A DNA stretch of 64,000 nt from Minisyncoccota bacterium (GTDB taxonomy: Bacteria > Patescibacteriota > Minisyncoccia > UBA6257): NCBI GenBank assembly GCA_028694995.1, contig JAQVJU010000002.1:2046-66045 (forward strand). The letters are read 5' to 3'. Below, piece by piece: positions 57,361 through 64,000 of the stretch. A program made the position numbers and the translations under genes. Every line of letters begins with the position of its first letter. Positions within the stretch are counted from its first letter, which is position 1. The notes below the pieces were generated by a model. The model saw only the letters and a list, made by a program, of their open reading frames with translations. It made no database searches and was not told the DNA's origin.

Positions 57361-58156
57361 AAAAACCAATACTAGCATAACCCACAACCTGACTTTCTTT
57401 ATCTGAAGAAAGTCCTTTAACTGTTTCATCTGAATTCATAGCGCATAATAGTTTTGGTTGCCAGTTTTTTTTGATAGCAATGTTTAATAAAATTTCAATA
57501 GGTTTTTTTCCACAAGCATTTCCAAATTCATTAAAACGATTCAAATCATTAGCTAGAATAGCATCAATAGTAACCTTATCTATCATTTTAGCTTCAGAAC
57601 AAGGTAAATAATGACTTAGATCTGAACTGATAATAAGCAGGGTTTTTTCATTGATAATAGGCATTAACATCTCAGTTGCTTTTTGAATATTAATATCACT
57701 AATTAATAAAGGGAAAATCTCAAAATCTTTTAAAACCACTTGCAAGAAAGGCAGTAAAACTTCCAAACAATGTTCTGGGTGATGAATTTCCGCAGACTCA
57801 ATAATTTCTTTTTTATTTTTTAATTCTGGAAAATCATTTTTGGATAAAACCTTTATTTTCCCTAATGGTGTTTCCCAATAATCTTCTGTGGTGGCTACTA
57901 ATTCTTCAAAAGCAAAATGATGGCTTGGGCCTAATAATATAACCCTGTTAAAAGAATCTGGTTTTAATGTTTTTAATCCATAAGCAGCCACTGGCCCAGA
58001 ATAGATATAACCAGCATGAGGTAAAATCAAGGCTCTTGTTTTTTCTTTTTGTTTACCAACAGTGGCTTTATTCAAAAACCCCTCAATCATTTGCTTGAGT
58101 TCTTCAGGGTCATTTGGATAAAATGTTCCAGCCACTATTGGCAACCGTGTTAACAT
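57344..58156 (-). CDS. amrB: AmmeMemoRadiSam system protein B (MEMO1)
   Basis: AGTFYP, PHAGYIYSG, GPSH, SSDLSHY, VVGYAS. Confidence 0.92.
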   Translation of the reverse strand: MLTRLPIVAGTFYPNDPEELKQMIEGFLNKATVGKQKEKTRALILPHAGYIYSGPVAAYGLKTLKPDSFNRVILLGPSHHFAFEELVATTEDYWETPLGKIKVLSKNDFPELKNKKEIIESAEIHHPEHCLEVLLPFLQVVLKDFEIFPLLISDINIQKATEMLMPIINEKTLLIISSDLSHYLPCSEAKMIDKVTIDAILANDLNRFNEFGNACGKKPIEILLNIAIKKNWQPKLLCAMNSDETVKGLSSDKESQVVGYASIGFYETKG

Positions 58157-58165
58157 GTTATTGAT

Positions 58166-59194
58166 TTAAAAAATTCCTTTTATTTCTGTGTTACATTTTG
58201 GGCATTTTCCATCTTGTATTTTATTCTCTATCATATCCAAACCCAATCTTTTAATTAAAAGAAAATTACATTTAGGACAATAAGTGCTTTCATATTCTGC
58301 ATCTGGTGTATTACCAATATAAACATATTTTAATCCTGCTTGTTTACCAATTTGATAAGCTTTGATTAAAGATTCTTTTGGTGTTGAAGATATATCAACC
58401 ATTTTATATCCTGGATAAAAGGCAGAAATATGCCAAGGAATATTTTCTGAAATATTTTTTAAAAATTCAGCTATTTGTTCTAATTCTTTATCAGAATCAT
58501 TAATTTTAGGAATAATTAATGTGGTTACTTCTAACCAAATGCCTTTTTCATAGATTTTTTTAATATTTTCTTTTACTGGTTCTAATCGGGCTTTACAGAT
58601 ATTTTTATAAAAATCTTCAGAAAAACTTTTCAAATCTATATTAATTGCATCTAAGTAAGGACTAATTAAATCTAATGTTTCTTGACTCATAAAACCATTA
58701 GAAACCCAAACATTTTTAATCCCCTTTTCTTTAGCTAATTTCATTATTTCATAAGCATATTCTGTCCAAATAGTTGGTTCATTATAAGTATAAGCAATCA
58801 TTGGGATTTTACTTTCTAAACAATACTGGACTATTGTTTCTGGAGTCCAAGTTTCTTGTTGTCTTTCATATCCTGTTTGCCTGATAGTATCAATTGTTTT
58901 TGGCAATTGAGAAATTTCCCAATTTTGACAAAATTCACAACCAAAATTACAACCAATAGTGCCTAAAGAAAATATTTTCTCTCCAGGTAGAAAATGGAAA
59001 AGAGGTTTTTTCTCTATTGGTTCTATATTAACGCTAATTGGTTTATTATAAACTAATAGATATAGATCTCCTTGTTTGTTCTGTCTGACCCCGCAAATAC
59101 CTGTTTGTTCTTCATTAATAATGCATTTATGTGAACAAGCAAGGCATTGAACCTTATTATCTGCTAGTTTTTTATAAAGAATGGCTTTTTTCAT
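58166..59194 (-). CDS. amrS: AmmeMemoRadiSam system radical SAM enzyme
   Basis: PIEKKPLFHF, GCNFGCEFCQNWEISQ, YTYNEP. Confidence 0.93.
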   Translation of the reverse strand: MKKAILYKKLADNKVQCLACSHKCIINEEQTGICGVRQNKQGDLYLLVYNKPISVNIEPIEKKPLFHFLPGEKIFSLGTIGCNFGCEFCQNWEISQLPKTIDTIRQTGYERQQETWTPETIVQYCLESKIPMIAYTYNEPTIWTEYAYEIMKLAKEKGIKNVWVSNGFMSQETLDLISPYLDAINIDLKSFSEDFYKNICKARLEPVKENIKKIYEKGIWLEVTTLIIPKINDSDKELEQIAEFLKNISENIPWHISAFYPGYKMVDISSTPKESLIKAYQIGKQAGLKYVYIGNTPDAEYESTYCPKCNFLLIKRLGLDMIENKIQDGKCPKCNTEIKGIF

Positions 59195-59321
59195 AATACA
59201 TCTTTGTTATCTGTATTTATTATATCAAGAATAATCAAAAACAATAACCTTGCTAGATTTTAAGAAATCTGGTATTATTATAACCAAATAGAACTTTGAA
59301 AATTTTATTAGGAGGGATAAA

Positions 59322-59666
59322 ATGAATATTTTATACAAGATTTTTATGCAGCCTAAAGAATCTCAACGTAAACCATTAAGAACTAAAAGGCGCAGAGTAT
59401 TTTTTTACAGAACTTTTCTTTATTCTGAGACGATGGGAAAGGTAGAAGAAATGAAAGCAATACTAAAAAAGAAAATGAATCGCACAGGTTATGACTATGA
59501 AGAAGAGCAAGCAGAAATTTTTAGGAAGATAATGGGAGTGGCATATCAAGTTATAACTCATGATATGAAAAAAAGTGGAAATACATATAATTATGTAAAA
59601 TTCATAACTAAAAGAAAAAACGGGAAGAAAAAGAAAGTGATCAAAGAATACTGCTTAAGCAGATAA
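59322..59666 (+). CDS. Hypothetical basic protein (accessory insert)
   Basis: TTGCTA-N17-TATTAT; GAACTTTGAAAATT 59291-59304; SD AGGAGG; terminator AAAAGGGCAATT/AATTGCCCTTTT. Confidence 0.65.
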   Translation: MNILYKIFMQPKESQRKPLRTKRRRVFFYRTFLYSETMGKVEEMKAILKKKMNRTGYDYEEEQAEIFRKIMGVAYQVITHDMKKSGNTYNYVKFITKRKNGKKKKVIKEYCLSR

Positions 59667-59702
59667 TAAGAAAAGGGCAATTTAATTGCCCTTTTTTGTT
59701 TC

Positions 59703-60197
59703 TTAATTTTTAATTTTAGAGCTCCAATAAGCTTTGATGATTTTTCTTTTATTGTTATATGTCCAATGATGAATAACAGGAAAATTATGATAGGTCCATA
59801 AACTGACAGCTTTTTCTTTGCCAATATAAAATCCAATATGATAATGAAACTCTTTTTTTCTATTTTTGTCTATAGATAATTCTTTTTCCCAAATGATAAT
59901 ACTGCCAGCAGGCATTTTAGAAGAAATCCTTATTTCCTTCCAACCTGATTCTCTAATGTCTTTTTCTGTGCCTAAGACAGTAAAATGTAATCTTTGGATC
60001 AAATCAAAAAGTTTTAAAACAGAACTGACAAAATAAGCACAAGAAACAGAACCATTATCAAGAACATCTTGTTTTTTACCTTTAACCAGACAAAAAGCAT
60101 TAGCCCACATTTTAGATCCACAAGCATTTTCTATCATTGATAAATAATTATCTTTAAATAATAGCTTTAATTCTTTTTTGTTTTTAGCTGTTTTCAT
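59703..60197 (-). CDS. Hypothetical protein, possible NlpC/P60-CHAP-like Cys/His fold
   Basis: SCAYFVSSVL, GSIIIW, HIGFYIG. Confidence 0.6.
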   Translation of the reverse strand: MKTAKNKKELKLLFKDNYLSMIENACGSKMWANAFCLVKGKKQDVLDNGSVSCAYFVSSVLKLFDLIQRLHFTVLGTEKDIRESGWKEIRISSKMPAGSIIIWEKELSIDKNRKKEFHYHIGFYIGKEKAVSLWTYHNFPVIHHWTYNNKRKIIKAYWSSKIKN

Positions 60198-60206
60198 GTT
60201 TTCAAA

Positions 60207-60626
60207 TTATTTTATATTTACCAAATGAGATTTTAAAAATTTTTCTATGCTTTTAATTACCTCTGTTTTTAATTCTGAAGGACTTGTGGTGACCCAGATA
60301 GCAAAATTATATAAAGCTTGGTTATCAACTTCAATCCATTTATTATTTTTATATAAAAAAACAAGCAAAGAAGTCATGGCTATTCTTTTATTGCCATTTT
60401 GAAAAGGGTGGTTTTTAATCATCAAGTAAAACAAAATAGCGGCTTTAGAAATTAATCCGCTATAAAGATATTTGTTATTAAATTTTTGAAATGGAACTGC
60501 TAAACAACTTTCTAAAATGCGAGGAAATCTTGTTTCAAATGGCGGAATCGGTTCATTAAATTCCATAAAGACTTTGGCCAAACTATGTGCTATATGCTTT
60601 ACCTCAGTTAAAGTAATTATTTTCAT
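60207..60626 (-). CDS. Doc-type Fic-family toxin
   Basis: HPFQNGNKR motif. Confidence 0.88.
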   Translation of the reverse strand: MKIITLTEVKHIAHSLAKVFMEFNEPIPPFETRFPRILESCLAVPFQKFNNKYLYSGLISKAAILFYLMIKNHPFQNGNKRIAMTSLLVFLYKNNKWIEVDNQALYNFAIWVTTSPSELKTEVIKSIEKFLKSHLVNIK

Positions 60627-60628
60627 AG

Positions 60629-60886
60629 TTATTCCTGCCCTAAGAGTTTGAGAGTTGTTTTGTATTCTGAGATTGTCTTTTTAATTCCCTCATCTAAAAT
60701 TGATTTTTGTTTCTCAGTTAAAGCTTTGCCTGAAATGCTTTCAAATTCTTTCTTGGGAATAGCAAAATTACGACCAATTTTTATGGCCTTTATTTGTTCT
60801 TTTTTTATTCTTTTTAAAATAGCTTCTCGGCTAATACCTAAAAGTCCAGCAACTTCACTAACAGTTAAAAACTCTTTATTTTTCAT
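60629..60886 (-). CDS. Excisionase-like HTH protein, putative antitoxin/regulator
   Basis: LTVSEVAGLLGISREAI..IKA.KIGRNF.IP; C-terminal helix EYKTTLKLL; 2 nt upstream of the Doc gene. Confidence 0.75.
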   Translation of the reverse strand: MKNKEFLTVSEVAGLLGISREAILKRIKKEQIKAIKIGRNFAIPKKEFESISGKALTEKQKSILDEGIKKTISEYKTTLKLLGQE

Positions 60887-60894
60887 AATATGTT

Positions 60895-60952
60895 TGATAA
60901 CCATTTTATAGCAGGTTATCACATGATAACCACTTTATAGCAGGTTATCACA
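60895..60952. repeat. Tandem 2 x 29-bp repeat with internal inverted arms (putative TA operator)
   Basis: TGATAACCA(T/C)TTTATAGCAGGTTATCACA twice; arms TGATAACC/GGTTATCA. Confidence 0.8.
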
Positions 60953-60974
60953 TGATGATTAAAATATCAAGTGT

Positions 60975-61481
60975 TTAATTAAAAGACTTTTTTGCTTTTT
61001 TCTCTGAATACATTTCCTTATCTGCTATATCTATCATTTCTTGTATAGTTATTCCTTTTTTACTTTCACTAATGCCAGCGCTTATACCTAAAAGTATGTG
61101 TTTTTTTATTCTTTGCAATAATAATTCTGCTCCTCGTTTTGAAGTATAAGGAAGGGCTATTAAAAATTCATCCCCTCCCCATCTGCCAGCAATATCAGTT
61201 TTTCTTAAATTTTTCTTAATAGTTGAGGAAACTTCAATTAAAGCTTTATCTCCTTCCAAGTGTCCTTTTTTATCATTAATTATCTTCAAATTATCCAGAT
61301 CTATTAAGATAATACTAAAAGGAGTGTTATGTCTTTCACTTTCCCATAACTCTCTGTTCATTATTTCATTTAAAATCAAGCGATTATAAAGCCCAGTTAA
61401 AGGATCTTTTAATAGACCTTTTTCCCCGTATTTTAATACAATTCCTATTATTTTAAAAAACTCAGATATTTTTTTAAACAT
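60975..61481 (-). CDS. Stand-alone diguanylate cyclase (GGDEF)
   Basis: DPLTGLYNR, DLDNLK.IND..GH..GD, RKTD I-site, RWGGDEF, ADKEMY. Confidence 0.9.
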   Translation of the reverse strand: MFKKISEFFKIIGIVLKYGEKGLLKDPLTGLYNRLILNEIMNRELWESERHNTPFSIILIDLDNLKIINDKKGHLEGDKALIEVSSTIKKNLRKTDIAGRWGGDEFLIALPYTSKRGAELLLQRIKKHILLGISAGISESKKGITIQEMIDIADKEMYSEKKAKKSFN

Positions 61482-61496
61482 ATTTAATATATTTAA

Positions 61497-63341
61497 TTAC
61501 CAACTACCACCGCCACCACCTCCAAATCCTCCTCCGCTACTCCCGCCAAATCCAGATTGGCCACTAGCAGCTGTATGCCCAGTAGCGACAAAACTTGAAT
61601 TTAAAACTGTATTTATGGCTTGCATTCTAGAAACCATAATAATTGAATTGAAGCTTGTTCCTTGTGCTCCTTGGTACCAATCAGGTATGGCCGCAACAAT
61701 GTTTTTAAATAAATTAGCCCATTGTTTTTCCACGCCAAATAAAATAGCATAAGGAAGGTATTCAGCAAATTTCTCAGGATGAGCTTCAGGAGAAAAATGG
61801 AATTTGACTCTATCTCGTTCTACAGTTTTTAAGAATAACTCAAATCCTTTTATCTTTTCTTTCATTTGCATTCCTTGTTCAGTTAAACTAGGCATGATTT
61901 TAATAAAGATAGAGAAAATTATCATATTTAGTAAAAGCCCTCCAAAAGTACTAAAGATGCTTAAAAAGAAAAATTTATCAATTTTTAATAAAATAAAAGG
62001 CAAGACAACAAAACATATAGCTATATAAAAAGCCATTATGATAAATTGCCAATCTTTAAGTTTTTTAATAAGAGTAAAAGGATTTTCTGGAAATAGGTTT
62101 TTATTTGTTAGGTTTTTACCTAAAGATATTTTAGCTTGATCTAGTTCTGTTTTCATTTTTGTTTGTTTTGAAAGACCTGAAGTATTTTTAAGTTGAGATA
62201 AAGAAACTTTATCTTTGCCTTCAAAAATATTATCTAATAAATATTTCTCATATTCATTTAATACATCTTCTGGTTTTTGTTTATCAGTTTTAATAAATTT
62301 CCAATCTGTTGATTTAAAAATCAAAGTCTTTTTTTCCTCTTCTTGGATGATAAAATAACCTCTCCGAGCTAAATCTATAAGTGTAGCTGTGGCCATTTTA
62401 CCTAAATTAAGAGAAGTTTCTGTTAATATAATATGTGCTTCTGCTGGAGAAATACCTGCTGGAGCTTCATATTCAGCCATAATAGATTTTAAAGATCGTG
62501 GGTTACGCCCTTTTTTCCACCACATAGATAAAAGAAAACCAAAAACAAGTACAGGAATAAGTAATAAAGCATATAAGAAAACAAGGATGATTTTATTTAA
62601 TATTATTGATTCTGTCTTGGTTTGGATATATTTTTTCTCTACTTCTTGAACAAATCCTTTTGGCCAACCTATTACAATTGTTAATCCTTCATTGGGCTTT
62701 AAATCAGAAGTTATAAAAGAAATAACTTTAGCTGAAAGAGCTTTATCAATTAAACAATTTTCTTCTTGAGATCCAGAAACCCCTGTATAGCACTTAGTTT
62801 TAAAATCATCTTTAATTGATAATGTGTTAAAGAAATTATCTATAGCAAAATTAGCTTCTGCATGTTTAATTGGAATTTGCCAATCATTACCAGTGATATT
62901 TAAAAACAATTCATCATGTTCATCAAAATAATTAATAATGCCTTTTAGAACATATTTGATAATATAGGTATTTTGTCCGCTAATTAATTTATTAGCTGAA
63001 CCAATTTTAATTACAAAATTATTTCCTTCTTTATAAGCTTGATATTCAATATTTTTACCATGTTCATCTTGAACCTTAAGGACTTCATAATTCAAAACCA
63101 GAGTTTTATCTTCCAAAGGATATTTAAAAGGAATTTGACGAAAAATCCCATGTTTTTGATTAGAGCCAAAATCATAATTAATAGTTTCTTGAATCTCTAC
63201 ATCAGAATTTTCTTTAACAAGGATATTAGTTTGAAAACTACGAATGATTTCTGTATTATCAGCCAGAACAATATTTTGCCCAATAAAAATACTTCCTGCA
63301 AAGGTTATTAAAATTAATAAATTAATAATTCCTTTTTTCAT
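61497..63341 (-). CDS. DUF2207-family membrane protein
   Basis: HGIFR.IP, ATLIDLARRG, YLPYAILFGV, Gly-rich GGGGGGSW C-terminus. Confidence 0.85.
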   Translation of the reverse strand: MKKGIINLLILITFAGSIFIGQNIVLADNTEIIRSFQTNILVKENSDVEIQETINYDFGSNQKHGIFRQIPFKYPLEDKTLVLNYEVLKVQDEHGKNIEYQAYKEGNNFVIKIGSANKLISGQNTYIIKYVLKGIINYFDEHDELFLNITGNDWQIPIKHAEANFAIDNFFNTLSIKDDFKTKCYTGVSGSQEENCLIDKALSAKVISFITSDLKPNEGLTIVIGWPKGFVQEVEKKYIQTKTESIILNKIILVFLYALLLIPVLVFGFLLSMWWKKGRNPRSLKSIMAEYEAPAGISPAEAHIILTETSLNLGKMATATLIDLARRGYFIIQEEEKKTLIFKSTDWKFIKTDKQKPEDVLNEYEKYLLDNIFEGKDKVSLSQLKNTSGLSKQTKMKTELDQAKISLGKNLTNKNLFPENPFTLIKKLKDWQFIIMAFYIAICFVVLPFILLKIDKFFFLSIFSTFGGLLLNMIIFSIFIKIMPSLTEQGMQMKEKIKGFELFLKTVERDRVKFHFSPEAHPEKFAEYLPYAILFGVEKQWANLFKNIVAAIPDWYQGAQGTSFNSIIMVSRMQAINTVLNSSFVATGHTAASGQSGFGGSSGGGFGGGGGGSW

Positions 63342-63348
63342 AAAGAAT

Positions 63349-64000
63349 CTACTTTTCTAACTTTTTATCTGCAGCACGATATTGACAATATATGCATCCA
63401 GGGCTTGCTTGAGGAGCTTTATCAGAATTTAGGCATTTTTTAGCTTCTTTGATAGTAGCCTCAACCCAAGAATCATTGCCTTTATAATCAAGGATCTGAA
63501 TATCAAATTCTAATATTCCATCAAATTTATCTTCACCTGTTTTTCCATTACAATAAACAAAATAAGCAATATCTGAGATTTTAAAATTGTTTTTCCTAAA
63601 TATCCATTGATATATTTCTGCTTGTCTTTTATATCCCTGACGATATTCAGAATCCATACTTATTTCTTGAGTGGTGCTAGTAGATTTATAATCAACAATA
63701 TGTAATTCATTATGAGAATTAATCCAAATATCATCAATGGCCCCAAAAATTATAAAATTAGTTGATTTGTCTAAATATTGAATACCTTTCCAATTATTAC
63801 GCCAATCATCAATATTTTCATGTTGATAAGGAACAGCATCTATTTTATAATTTTTCATTAAAGAATGAGCTTCACCTTTTTTTCTTAAAATATCAAATTC
63901 TTTTTTCAATAAAGTGTCCACAGCTTGATTTAAAGAATAAGGAAACATTGGTGGCCTAGAAACACCTAATCGCCTATCTAAATAAAAGCATCTAGGACAG
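63349..64000 (-). CDS. PD-(D/E)XK nuclease-like protein (start lies beyond the window end)
   Basis: The frame stays open to the window edge (CPRCFYLDRRLG..); GAIDD, IVDYKST, Q..IY, CIYC. Confidence 0.8.
   Translation of the reverse strand, partial: CPRCFYLDRRLGVSRPPMFPYSLNQAVDTLLKKEFDILRKKGEAHSLMKNYKIDAVPYQHENIDDWRNNWKGIQYLDKSTNFIIFGAIDDIWINSHNELHIVDYKSTSTTQEISMDSEYRQGYKRQAEIYQWIFRKNNFKISDIAYFVYCNGKTGEDKFDGILEFDIQILDYKGNDSWVEATIKEAKKCLNSDKAPQASPGCIYCQYRAADKKLEK

Overview
AT-rich chromosomal window that reads as a Patescibacteria/CPR (Parcubacteria-like) genome. This is inferred from the compact, mostly SD-less housekeeping genes, the short AlaRS and several CPR-typical hypothetical proteins. 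Positions 8.8-64 kb are largely backbone: ychF, ppsA, eno, efp, tRNA-Lys, secDF, ddl, dnaG, rpoD, murE, alaS, the infA-rpsI ribosomal cluster, ftsW, murG, gltX, a Xer recombinase with an adjacent dif-like site, murC, split priA, def, fmt, the AmmeMemoRadiSam trio, a Doc-type toxin-antitoxin pair and a GGDEF protein. The standout is 1-8.8 kb, an array of self-contained accessory gene cassettes. These are separated by five copies of a ~90-bp non-coding module: upstream terminator, DnaA box (TTATCCACA), a TTGACA-N16-TATACT promoter with extended-10 TG, then a 16-19-bp hairpin capped by G(CUUG)C and followed by a U-tract. A sixth, diverged copy sits on the minus strand at 12.1 kb. G.U and compensatory changes between copies point to an undescribed ~45-nt small-RNA family. 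The same region has two more candidate ncRNAs. Accessory genes across the window share an expression signature (consensus promoter, boxA-like CTTTGAAAA, strong SD, own terminator) that the housekeeping genes lack. All calls are by eye; no searches were run.
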